Virus record (IMG/VR): IMGVR_UViG_3300020048_000026
Span: 32,001-96,000 of that record
Direction: 5' to 3' (one strand)
Source of the DNA: a virus
DNA: 64,000 bases
A program made the translations under genes and the position numbers. The notes beneath the pieces are model-generated. The model saw nothing but the letters and a program-made list of their open reading frames with translations. It was not told where the DNA came from and made no database searches. Below, piece by piece: positions 20,967-29,607 of this stretch; position 1 is the stretch's first letter, and each line of letters starts with the position of its first letter.

Positions 20967-21338
20967 ATGGCTTTAAAAGACGTAAAAGATTTAGTTATAA
21001 GATATCCAGGTCACCCAAAATACCAAGAAGGTAGAATAGTTGAAGATGATGAAATTGAAGTTATTGTTCAAAAATTGGAAATGATATTATTTACTAATAA
21101 AGGTGAAGTATTAGGTGATATTGAAATGGGCTGTAATTTAGAGTATTATTTATGGCAAACAAGAGTCACCACAGGAAATCTAAAAAGTAAAGTAGAAGAA
21201 CAAATATCAATATACATACCAGAGTTAGTTAACTTAGGCTATTCCCTAAGTGTTGATTTATACGAAGGTACATTAAGAGATATCCTTTATTTAAATTTTA
21301 TAATAAAGGGATATAATATTGAATTTATCTTTGAATAA
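20967..21338 (+). CDS. Baseplate wedge protein, gp25-like
   Basis: MILFTNKGEVLGDIEMGCNLEYYLW matches the gp25/GPW motif (LxTxxGExxxxPxFG). Confidence 0.75.
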   Translation: MALKDVKDLVIRYPGHPKYQEGRIVEDDEIEVIVQKLEMILFTNKGEVLGDIEMGCNLEYYLWQTRVTTGNLKSKVEEQISIYIPELVNLGYSLSVDLYEGTLRDILYLNFIIKGYNIEFIFE

Positions 21339-21353
21339 AAATTAAAAAAATTT

Positions 21354-23432
21354 ATGAGTGAAAGAGTTGATGAATTTATCTTAACCACAGATATAATTGA
21401 AGATATTGAACAAAGAGAAAATCTAGGAAAAATTCTTAAAAGACATGAAAAAGTATGGTTTTCAAACACTAAAGGTGTTCGTAAACCATATTTAACATTT
21501 GCAATGACTGATGATGAATTTGAAGAATATATTAAATGTAAAATTAATATACAATATTTTGCAGAGAAATATTGTCAAATTAAAAGAGAAGATGGTACCG
21601 TTGGACCAATGACACTTCGTGATTATCAAAAAGATATTATTGACCTCTATACAAAAAATCCAAGAAGTATTTTAATGGCTTCAAGACAAACTGGTAAAAC
21701 AGTTTCAGCCGCAATTGTTATTATTCATTTTGTTTTATTTAATGATGATAAAGGGGTTATGATTGTAGCAAATAAAGGTAAAACCGTTAAGGAAATTATT
21801 AGAAAAATTAAAGATATTTATAAATTACTACCATTTTTTATAAAAAAAGGCGTTACTAACTGGAATGAAACTCAAATAGCATTTGAAAATAATTCACGTA
21901 TTCAAACAGAAAATAGAACAAAAGATCCATCAATCGGTTTTACAATTGACCTTTTATATCTTGATGAGTTCGCCCACATACCAGATAATTTTATTCGTGA
22001 CTATTATGGTGCTATTGTACCAGTCGTTTCATCTGTTAATAACTCTCGTATTATAATTACGTCTACTCCAAATGGATATAATATGTTTTGGGAATTAATG
22101 ACTGCCGCAGAATTACCCGATGAGGATCCAAATAAAAATCCATATAAAGCAATGAGAGTCTTATGGACTCAAGTACAAGGTCGTGAAGATACTAAAATAA
22201 AAATTTTAGATGTAAAATTAAAGAAATTTGGATTCAATAAACAACAAGTATTAAGAGAAATAAGAGAAAAAGGTAATATAACACTTTATAAAAAACACGT
22301 TAATGATGATATAATTGATTGTGTAAAATATGATGTTGAAGATGAAAAAACCTATATTGATAATATTAGAAAAATTCGTATAAATGGTATTCCTTTACCT
22401 GAACTTGCTGTTGTCTCCAATTGGCAAGAAGAAGAAACAAAACTTTTAGGCTCACCTGATAAATTTGACCAAGAATATGGATTACACTTCGTTACTGGTG
22501 ATAAAATCTTATTCAATAAAGAAACTATTGATTTATTAAAAAGTAAACAAATACCATTTGATTATATGGAATTACCACAATTTAAAAGATTGAACATTCC
22601 TTACGATTCATTGAAATTTGTTAGAAATTTGGATTTATTTAATCCACTCCGAGCAAAAGATTATTATATTTTAATATCAATTGACTTATCTGAGGGGTTA
22701 GCCAAAGACTATTCTGTTATAAACATATTTAGGCTCTCTCTGAGAGATAAATTAGAAATAGAGAAGTACAAGTATGAAAGTTTATATGAGTTGTTCAAAA
22801 TTGAGCAAATTGGCTTATATCGCAATAATCTTTATTCAATTAGAGAACTTGCACATATTTTTTATTTAATTGCATTTGAAGTATTTAATCCTGAAAAAGT
22901 TAAAGTTGTACTAGAATACAATACATACGGTTCAGAATTTTTAACACACCTACCCAATGTTTTTGATGGTGAAAATCAGTATTCAAATTCTGTCTTTTTG
23001 AGATTTAAACATAATAGAGAAGATTTAGTAGGAAAAATAGGATTAAAACTTACTAAAGATAAACATCTTATTATTGATAAGGAATTTCAACAATCAGTTA
23101 GAAATAGAAGAATGGTGCTACATAGCGATATTAATATTAGCGAAATTACAACATTTAGTAAACACGAAACTACTTCTGGTAATGTAACATATAGAGCAGA
23201 ATCAGGAAACGATGATGTTGTAATGTCAACAATCACATTATCAACTTGTTTTGATAATGTCGGTTATAAAAATCTCGTTGATTTATATATCAATAATGAT
23301 TTACAAGGTGATGTTTTAAGATATATTGAAAATATAACAAGTAAATCAACTAATACTGGTAGTGTTGTAGGTGCCTATAATAAGATTTACAAAAGAAGAC
23401 CAGAGTATTCAAACATGAGATATCCGAGATAA
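21354..23432 (+). CDS. terL: Terminase large subunit, T4 gp17-like
   Basis: LRDYQ, Walker A SRQTGKT, Walker B LYLDEFAH, ITSTPNG, nuclease DLSEGLAKDYS and NDDVVMS. Confidence 0.95.
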   Translation: MSERVDEFILTTDIIEDIEQRENLGKILKRHEKVWFSNTKGVRKPYLTFAMTDDEFEEYIKCKINIQYFAEKYCQIKREDGTVGPMTLRDYQKDIIDLYTKNPRSILMASRQTGKTVSAAIVIIHFVLFNDDKGVMIVANKGKTVKEIIRKIKDIYKLLPFFIKKGVTNWNETQIAFENNSRIQTENRTKDPSIGFTIDLLYLDEFAHIPDNFIRDYYGAIVPVVSSVNNSRIIITSTPNGYNMFWELMTAAELPDEDPNKNPYKAMRVLWTQVQGREDTKIKILDVKLKKFGFNKQQVLREIREKGNITLYKKHVNDDIIDCVKYDVEDEKTYIDNIRKIRINGIPLPELAVVSNWQEEETKLLGSPDKFDQEYGLHFVTGDKILFNKETIDLLKSKQIPFDYMELPQFKRLNIPYDSLKFVRNLDLFNPLRAKDYYILISIDLSEGLAKDYSVINIFRLSLRDKLEIEKYKYESLYELFKIEQIGLYRNNLYSIRELAHIFYLIAFEVFNPEKVKVVLEYNTYGSEFLTHLPNVFDGENQYSNSVFLRFKHNREDLVGKIGLKLTKDKHLIIDKEFQQSVRNRRMVLHSDINISEITTFSKHETTSGNVTYRAESGNDDVVMSTITLSTCFDNVGYKNLVDLYINNDLQGDVLRYIENITSKSTNTGSVVGAYNKIYKRRPEYSNMRYPR

Positions 23433-23481
23433 TTTTTCAAACTATAATCCTATTTTTTTATATAAAAGATAAAATAGTTTT

Positions 23482-24243
23482 ATGGCAAATATATCTTATA
23501 AATTCACTATATCAATGGGACAAATGAGTCTTTTTTTAGAAAAAGTTCATGATCTTTTAACTATTGATGATGAAATTTTATTAAAAATAGATAAAAACAA
23601 TATTCTTATATATTCTATTGTTGGTGAAAAAACAAACGTTAATGCATTTAAATCTTTCATTTTTAAAACAGATGAGATATTTACATTTTTAGATGAGATT
23701 CCAAAAGAAATAAGATTTATAATAGTAGATGGTTCTAAATTTGAAAATAGTTTAAGAAATTATCTTGATTTTAAAGAAGATATTGATTGTGAATTCTCAA
23801 TGAGTGATAATGTTTATGCAGACAATTTTAGACTTAAAAATTCTAAATTGAAATTAGGTATCATAGGTGGTGATATTCAAGCAATGAATACCTCAATTGA
23901 TATTGAAAAAATGAAGAAAACTTTTGATAAAAATAATATAGATTTCAAGTTTATTTTAGATAAAGGCTCATATACAAAAATTAAAAAAATTGCATCTATT
24001 GATATCGAAAATGATATTTTAACATTAGTTGTTGATGAAAATAAATTAACAATTGGTGAAGGTCATTGGAACCTTAATATTTGTGATATAGAACACGAAG
24101 ATTTATCAATAACATTTCCAAAGAAATACTTTAAATCAATAGCATTTACAGAAGCTGAAATTGATATTTATGTTTTTGATACTTTTTTATTAATAGATAA
24201 TCAAAATACAACAATGGTCATAGCACTCGAGATGAGTGTGTAA
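23482..24243 (+). CDS. Putative sliding-clamp-like protein
   Basis: 253 aa, two-domain beta-rich acidic pattern resembling gp45/PCNA; no diagnostic motif. Confidence 0.4.
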   Translation: MANISYKFTISMGQMSLFLEKVHDLLTIDDEILLKIDKNNILIYSIVGEKTNVNAFKSFIFKTDEIFTFLDEIPKEIRFIIVDGSKFENSLRNYLDFKEDIDCEFSMSDNVYADNFRLKNSKLKLGIIGGDIQAMNTSIDIEKMKKTFDKNNIDFKFILDKGSYTKIKKIASIDIENDILTLVVDENKLTIGEGHWNLNICDIEHEDLSITFPKKYFKSIAFTEAEIDIYVFDTFLLIDNQNTTMVIALEMSV

Positions 24244-24264
24244 CAATTTAAAAATTAAAAAGTT

Positions 24265-24930
24265 ATGGGTACAAGAGGTTCATCAGGGTTTATCTATAAA
24301 GATACACCTTATTTAAATTACAATCATTATGATTCCTATCCAGATGGTTTAGGTAGAGATGTTTTACATTTTATTGTAGATGTAAATAAAGAAAATGGTT
24401 GGGATAAATTCAAAGAAAATTCAAATGATATTATTCCAATAACAGAAAAAAGGATAACAGATCCTGATATAATTGAAAAATATAAGAAATATGCCGATTT
24501 AAGTGTTTCAACCAAAACATATGATGATCCATATTGCTTATTTAGAAAAATACAAGATTCTTGGATGCCTGAAATTTTAAAAGGCGAACTTAAACATTTT
24601 ACTTTTAATGATAATTTCATTAAAGAATCACTATTTTGCGAATATGCTTATGTTATTAATCTAGATACCATGAAATTGGAATTTTATGATGGATATCAAA
24701 AAGAAAGTCAACCTTCTAATAGATTTGGTGAAATACCTAATGAAGATGGTTATTATCCTTGCCGTTTAGTTGCTGTTTTTGATCTTCAAAAAATTCAAAA
24801 TAGTACTGACGTTGGACATATTGTAGAAAAAATGGATTTAATTTGTGATTTAAAAAAAGATGATCCGTCCATTTTACAATATTTCCGAAAACCAAAATTG
24901 GATAAAATAAATGAAAAAGCCTCTTTATAG
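24265..24930 (+). CDS. Conserved-looking phage hypothetical protein (ends in TAG)
   Basis: MGTRG...YNHYDSYPDGLG...CEYAYVINLD; RKPKLDKI tail. Confidence 0.7.
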   Translation: MGTRGSSGFIYKDTPYLNYNHYDSYPDGLGRDVLHFIVDVNKENGWDKFKENSNDIIPITEKRITDPDIIEKYKKYADLSVSTKTYDDPYCLFRKIQDSWMPEILKGELKHFTFNDNFIKESLFCEYAYVINLDTMKLEFYDGYQKESQPSNRFGEIPNEDGYYPCRLVAVFDLQKIQNSTDVGHIVEKMDLICDLKKDDPSILQYFRKPKLDKINEKASL

Positions 24931-24940
24931 AGGCTTTTTT
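24914..24940. terminator. Bidirectional intrinsic terminator
   Basis: aaaaagcctct-ttat-agaggctttttt between convergent CDS and tRNA genes. Confidence 0.8.
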
Positions 24941-24944
24941 CTTG

Positions 24945-25017
24945 CCCTAAGTGTAGGACTTGAACCTACGACCAACTATTTTAGAGATAGCTGCTCTACC
25001 AACTGAGCTAACAAAGG
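24945..25017 (-). tRNA. Amber suppressor tRNA (anticodon CUA) 1
   Basis: Cloverleaf; anticodon arm GCTAT-CTCTAAA-ATAGT; T-arm GTAGG-TTCAAGT-CCTAC; acceptor CCTTTGT/ACTTAGG with two U-U mismatches; G73. Confidence 0.85.
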
Positions 25018-25023
25018 ATTTTG

Positions 25024-25096
25024 AGATCCAGGTGGGGATCGAACCCACGACCAACTATTTTAGAGATAGCTTCTCTACCAACTGAGATACAAGATC
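25024..25096 (-). tRNA. Amber suppressor tRNA (anticodon CUA) 2
   Basis: Cloverleaf; identical anticodon arm; acceptor GATCTTG/CTGGATC with one U-U mismatch; U73. Confidence 0.88.
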
Positions 25097-25102
25097 AAGT
25101 AA

Positions 25103-25130
25103 GTTATTAGAGGATTCGTCCTCTAATAAC
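25103..25130. other. Perfect 12-bp hairpin in the suppressor-tRNA leader
   Basis: gttattagagga-ttcg-tcctctaataac. Confidence 0.75.
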
Positions 25131-25134
25131 AATA

Positions 25135-25142
25135 CAAAAGTA
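25135..25142 (-). promoter_or_regulatory. TAnnTTTG promoter box for suppressor tRNAs
   Basis: TACTTTTG on minus strand. Confidence 0.55.
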
Positions 25143-25166
25143 CTACTTTTCTTCCATAGAAAAAAA

Positions 25167-25583
25167 TTATTTATAAAAATTACCTTTTTCTAATTTATAT
25201 ATTTTTAAAAGCCTATCAGCCTCATTTCTCGCCTTAATCCATTCTTTTCTGGCGTTCTGGATTTTTTCTTCTTTAACAGATGGTTTAATACGAACCTTTT
25301 CTATTTCAAAAAGTCTTGATAACAATCCTAAAAAAGTGTTAATCTTCCTTAATGATGGCTTTTCACTTCTTTCAATCCAGTAACAATATTTCTGGATTTT
25401 TTTCATTTGATTTTGTGATAAATTTTTCCATTTAATCTCATAATATTTTTCAATATCACCTGATACTTGGTAATTATTTTCTTTGATAACTTTTTCAATT
25501 TTTTCAATTGCGTCTGCGATTTTGCTATCAATTTCACTTCTACTGTAGGTATACTCAATACCTGATGCTAATGTTGTTTCCAT
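25167..25583 (-). CDS. Hypothetical protein downstream of amber-containing leader
   Basis: 138-aa ORF. Confidence 0.7.
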   Translation of the reverse strand: METTLASGIEYTYSRSEIDSKIADAIEKIEKVIKENNYQVSGDIEKYYEIKWKNLSQNQMKKIQKYCYWIERSEKPSLRKINTFLGLLSRLFEIEKVRIKPSVKEEKIQNARKEWIKARNEADRLLKIYKLEKGNFYK

Positions 25584-25673
25584 AATGTTTTTTTGTTTTT
25601 TGTTTTTTTATAAAAAATTGTTTAATTGTAATTGAATTCTTGATTCGCGAATTGCGAATTTCTTATGGAAACT

Positions 25674-25697
25674 TTAAGGTGGTTTGTTCTACGTCAT
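25674..25697 (-). promoter_or_regulatory. Leader minigene ATG ACG TAG AAC AAA CCA CCT TAA (MT*NKPP*)
   Basis: Preceded by AAAGGAG; same ATGACGTAG start as the Pth-like gene. Confidence 0.6.
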
Positions 25698-25718
25698 AAC
25701 GTTCTCCTTTCTTTTTTT

Positions 25719-26099
25719 TTATATAATTTCTAATTTTTTTAATTTTGTTTTTCTCTCTTCTTTTTTTGATATATCAATCAAAAAATATTTTCCTTCTTTT
25801 TCATTATATTTTATTTGATAAATAAAAGGTCCCTCAGATATAACATCAAATTCAAAATAATTCTGTTTTGATTTTACAATATCATAACCAATTTTAGCAT
25901 TATTGTAAAAATTTAGAGTTTGAGTTCTATCTTCATTGTCATATTGACGATTAAGTAAACTAATTAAATTGTTCGCTAATCTCATATCACTAAATTCATC
26001 ATGAACTTTAGCATCCTTTATATCATCAAATAAACTCCAAAAAGAATCTGCTTTATATGATATTTTACCTTTTGATTCAATTTTAAATATCTTGCTCAT
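25719..26099 (-). CDS. Hypothetical protein with RKTKLKKL tail
   Basis: 126-aa ORF. Confidence 0.65.
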   Translation of the reverse strand: MSKIFKIESKGKISYKADSFWSLFDDIKDAKVHDEFSDMRLANNLISLLNRQYDNEDRTQTLNFYNNAKIGYDIVKSKQNYFEFDVISEGPFIYQIKYNEKEGKYFLIDISKKEERKTKLKKLEII

Positions 26100-26362
26100 A
26101 AATTATATTTTTTTGTTGCTTGATCTAATTCTACTCTTTCTTTAATTTTTTTCTGACTATACTCAATTGCAGTATCCATATACTCTGCTAAATGTTCACT
26201 ACAACAATTCGCTTCTAAATTTGATAACTGAGATCCACCAATAAAAACTAAGTATTTATCGTGATTTTGACAGTTTTCTTTACAACAATGTGAAGTATCT
26301 GAAAAACTTCCATGTATAACATGAACTTTGTAAAATTCGTAATATTCTTTATATGTAGCCAT
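26096..26362 (-). CDS. Cys-containing hypothetical protein (KKYNL family)
   Basis: 88-aa ORF. Confidence 0.65.
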   Translation of the reverse strand: MATYKEYYEFYKVHVIHGSFSDTSHCCKENCQNHDKYLVFIGGSQLSNLEANCCSEHLAEYMDTAIEYSQKKIKERVELDQATKKYNL

Positions 26363-26366
26363 AATT

Positions 26367-26627
26367 TTAGATGTTATAATTGTTTAATTCATTGAAAAAT
26401 TCGTAAACTTCTTTTAATTTTTTAACCATTTCATTTCTATCACTCTCGTCAAAATATCCCATATAAGTTCCTTCATACCAACCGCCTCCACCAGATATTG
26501 ATTCACTTTGATGCCCAGTATAAGAACATTCACTTAGAGATTCTAATTCATTAATGACCTCTAATAATAATTTATCTTCAAGCATAAACCACCTCCTCTC
26601 CTTTGAAAGTATTTTTATCAATTCCAT
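26367..26627 (-). CDS. Hypothetical protein (likely start MLEDK at 26585)
   Basis: ORF ends NNYNI. Confidence 0.55.
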   Translation of the reverse strand: MELIKILSKERRWFMLEDKLLLEVINELESLSECSYTGHQSESISGGGGWYEGTYMGYFDESDRNEMVKKLKEVYEFFNELNNYNI

Positions 26628-26967
26628 TAAATATATTGTATTCCTTTAACATTAAAGGTAAAGATGAGGTAAGCCTACGAGTTTTATCAGAAGGCTCAAT
26701 AGCAATCGCAGTAATCTGATTCCTAATATCAGGTTCACGAAAAACGACAAATTTTAAATGATTTTTTTCCAATTTTGAAATGAGAGAATATAATTCTTCT
26801 TCATTTTCTACAGAAAGCTGTGCTAAATAAGGGTCGTTGTACCAATAATTGGAAATTTGGTGATGTTCAACGAAAAACATAATCGCAGCATGGGTTGCTT
26901 GCGTTGCCTGATATCCAGGACTTAAATCTCTTCTTGTTACTGTTGTTAATTTGTTAACCTACGTCAT
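26578..26967 (-). CDS. Peptidyl-tRNA hydrolase (Pth2-like) with in-frame TAG at codon 3
   Basis: ATG ACG TAG then in-frame VNKLTTVTRRDLSPGYQATQATHAA joined to the 100-aa ORF containing FREPDIRNQITAIAIEP; both are Pth2-family motifs. Confidence 0.8.
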
Positions 26968-27017
26968 GATTTCTAAATTGTTTTTAATGTATATATTAAT
27001 TTTTGTGTTTTGTTTTA

Positions 27018-27025
27018 CAAATGTA
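27018..27025 (-). promoter_or_regulatory. TAnnTTTG promoter box
   Basis: TACATTTG upstream of the Pth-like gene. Confidence 0.55.
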
Positions 27026-27063
27026 TGGAACTTTTTTAATAAAAAAAATTTTAAAAAATTAAT

Positions 27064-27280
27064 TATCTCATAGCCGCGATCTTGTTTCTAATCTCACATT
27101 TATCTAAGTCTTTCAACTTCCTTTCCAACGAAAGGTGCTCCAACCCGACCTCACAGGGAAACCGACACCCTCAGTCTGTTTGGATTGCTACTTGTGTGGT
27201 GATAACGAATTTCTTCTCCCACAGTAGGTTTTGTAGTCGCGAACTTCCTCTAATATTTCTACCAGCGTAAGATCGAATAA
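27064..27280 (-). ncRNA. rnpB: Minimal RNase P RNA
   Basis: GAGGAAGTTCGCGAC (CR-I-like), AGATAAATG (CR-IV-like), ACAAGATCGCGGCTAT (CR-V-like); P4 pairing GTTCGCGA/TCGCGGC with bulged U; GC-rich intergenic island. Confidence 0.8.
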
Positions 27281-27287
27281 TTAATTT

Positions 27288-27701
27288 TTAAAATTCAGGT
27301 TCGTTATAAATAACTTTTGCTTTTGCATCTTTTTTTACACCATTTTTGAAATAATATCTACTTGGATCATCACCAAATCCATTATCCCAATCAATATCCA
27401 ATTGAAAAACTAAAGTTGGATATTTTTTTGAAAATTCTTTAATATCATCTTCAATTTTATAGCCACTACCTGGCTCATTTGAATTACCATCAGAATTTAG
27501 TAAATATGAACAATCATCACTTGTGTCTAAAAGTTCATCTATGATTGTGTTGCTTGATACAATCATATCAATTTCATCTGAAGGTGAACCACATTTTGAA
27601 CAAAATTGACCATTGATTTGTGTTTTACAATTTGGACAAAATGGTACTTTATTTGTAATTTCACCAATAATTTTTAATTTAAAGTAATTTTCGTAACTCA
27701 T
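27288..27701 (-). CDS. Zinc-ribbon hypothetical protein
   Basis: CPNC...CSKCG. Confidence 0.65.
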   Translation of the reverse strand: MSYENYFKLKIIGEITNKVPFCPNCKTQINGQFCSKCGSPSDEIDMIVSSNTIIDELLDTSDDCSYLLNSDGNSNEPGSGYKIEDDIKEFSKKYPTLVFQLDIDWDNGFGDDPSRYYFKNGVKKDAKAKVIYNEPEF

Positions 27702-27705
27702 AATT

Positions 27706-28296
27706 TTATTTCAAGTTAAATCCGTTGTTTTTTAATGTGTCTTTTATATCTTCTACTGAAAGGTCACTTGTAAGTCCAACAAAGCCATTTTCATCCAATT
27801 GAATTTCACCAAGGTCAAGTTCTTCTATTTCTGGAAGTTCATCACAGGGATCCTGGTCTGATACATATTTTCCATTTTTCATCCAAACTGTTATTCCAAT
27901 ATTTATACCATCATTCTGATATAATTCTTTTTTCCAAGTTTCATTTGATAAACTGAAATCTTCAACTTCTAATAGATATTTAGAAACTTTTGATTTTGCT
28001 TTATAAATTGATGATGGTATACCATTTCCCTTTTTTACTAAAGTTGCATATTGTAAAATTGCAAGTCCGTAATCAGACATAATTTTATCTTTTTTTAATT
28101 TTAGTAAATTTTGATTTGTATTATTAATACCAATATTAGAATTTACTACTTTTAAAACAACTAATCCTGCATAATTATCATCTTTCAATTTGATAATTTC
28201 AAGTTCCATGTTATCTAACCAGCCATCTTTAACATTTATAATATCACCTTCGGAAAAACCGTTATAATTTGGTGAATAGTTTTTTACGTGTTTCAT
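27706..28296 (-). CDS. Hypothetical protein (start revised to MKHVKNY)
   Basis: TACATTTG box at 28318-28325 lies inside the longer ORF call, favouring ATG at 28296. Confidence 0.6.
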   Translation of the reverse strand: MKHVKNYSPNYNGFSEGDIINVKDGWLDNMELEIIKLKDDNYAGLVVLKVVNSNIGINNTNQNLLKLKKDKIMSDYGLAILQYATLVKKGNGIPSSIYKAKSKVSKYLLEVEDFSLSNETWKKELYQNDGINIGITVWMKNGKYVSDQDPCDELPEIEELDLGEIQLDENGFVGLTSDLSVEDIKDTLKNNGFNLK

Positions 28297-28350
28297 ATTT
28301 TTTAATTTTTGATACAACAAATGTATAACAATTTTCTGAAACAAAAAAAT

Positions 28351-28611
28351 CTATTTCAAATTTTTTTGTGTAATAGGTTCATTACATTTAGGACATTTTA
28401 TATATCCCATACCCGATTCAGTTACAGACAAATAATCAAATGTATGCTTACACTTTGGACAAATAACAAGATTTCCTATCCTATCAAGAACTTTTTGTTT
28501 TTCATCATCTGTCATTCTCTTCCATTTAGCAATTTCTTTTCCAGTTCGTTTACAACCTTTACAAACTCCATCTACTAAACCACATTTATCTACACAAGGA
28601 CTCTTTATCAT
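28351..28611 (-). CDS. DUF1289-like Cys-rich protein fused to zinc ribbon
   Basis: SPCVDKC...CKGCKRTGKEIAKW plus CPKC...CPKC. Confidence 0.7.
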   Translation of the reverse strand: MIKSPCVDKCGLVDGVCKGCKRTGKEIAKWKRMTDDEKQKVLDRIGNLVICPKCKHTFDYLSVTESGMGYIKCPKCNEPITQKNLK

Positions 28612-29150
28612 AACGATTTATTATTAATTTTTAAATATTTCAAAGGTACACTATCAGTTAACCAAACACCATTTTCACTCAAGTAAAATTTATAACCATC
28701 AGTATTCATTGCAGCTGAGTCAACTTCCAATATAATTGGAGCATTTCTTTTAGAATACCTTTTTCCTACACTATATGCAACTTCAATATCATCAGTTAAA
28801 TGTACATGAAGCCTTCTCATTTTTTCTAAACCCTTACCCCTAATAATCTTTTCATAACTATCAGGACTTGTACCATGATAAAGTACCCTTGGAGGTCTAA
28901 TCGCCTTTAATCCAACATCAACCTTAACCGAATGACCCTGAGATGCGCGAATTTTAGACTTATCCTGATTATAAGCCAATCTTTTCTTATCATTCGTATC
29001 TACAATATGATTCAATTCTTCCTGTGTTATACCAACCTTATTTAAAAGTGATTTAACATCAACATACCCACTAGTATCCATTATTAAATCCTCTGAATTG
29101 TGCCTTAATAGATAAGTTATCTTCTTTCCTATTTGTATATAATCTTTCAT
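28608..29150 (-). CDS. kptA: RNA 2'-phosphotransferase (Tpt1/KptA)
   Basis: LLRH, DKKR, IRASQGHS, LYHGT, RLHVHL, NGVWL motifs. Confidence 0.95.
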   Translation of the reverse strand: MKDYIQIGKKITYLLRHNSEDLIMDTSGYVDVKSLLNKVGITQEELNHIVDTNDKKRLAYNQDKSKIRASQGHSVKVDVGLKAIRPPRVLYHGTSPDSYEKIIRGKGLEKMRRLHVHLTDDIEVAYSVGKRYSKRNAPIILEVDSAAMNTDGYKFYLSENGVWLTDSVPLKYLKINNKSL

Positions 29151-29353
29151 GATTTTTGTTTATTTCCTATTAATTGATAAGCATCTAAAAGATGTCTTTG
29201 TGCCTTACCAATACTCTTTTTTATCTTTTTGTGCTTTTTCACTACAGGATGCGTAACTAACATATCCTCCATCATATTTGCTATACAATACGCCCTGTCT
29301 AATACTTCATGATAACTAAAAGCATCAAATTTTTTCTTTTTCTTATTTTTCAT
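29147..29353 (-). CDS. Hypothetical protein
   Basis: 68-aa ORF. Confidence 0.6.
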   Translation of the reverse strand: MKNKKKKKFDAFSYHEVLDRAYCIANMMEDMLVTHPVVKKHKKIKKSIGKAQRHLLDAYQLIGNKQKS

Positions 29354-29607
29354 ATAAAGTCTATTTGCTTTAATTCAATTATACCATCTTTACCATTATT
29401 CCATTTTACATACCAAAGATCACAATCCCTAAAAGCATTTTTATCTTTTGGTAACCACAAACAAGAAATTTCACCTTGAAAATCTTCTCCAAATTTAGGT
29501 TTAAGTTGAATTTTTTTACCTATTAATCTAGAATCAATTTCAATTAATGAATAATATTCTTCTCCATAGGTTTCTTTGAACCTTTTTATATAATCAGAAT
29601 TTGTCAT
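29350..29607 (-). CDS. Hypothetical protein
   Basis: 85-aa ORF. Confidence 0.6.
   Translation of the reverse strand: MTNSDYIKRFKETYGEEYYSLIEIDSRLIGKKIQLKPKFGEDFQGEISCLWLPKDKNAFRDCDLWYVKWNNGKDGIIELKQIDFI

Noticed and set aside
25151-25671. Imperfect inverted repeat ttccatagaaa / tttcttatggaaa flanking gene 25167-25583
   Set aside because: Short, imperfect and AT-rich; could be chance, and no transposase is present
27082-27270. 62-aa plus-strand ORF
   Set aside because: Antisense to the RNase P RNA
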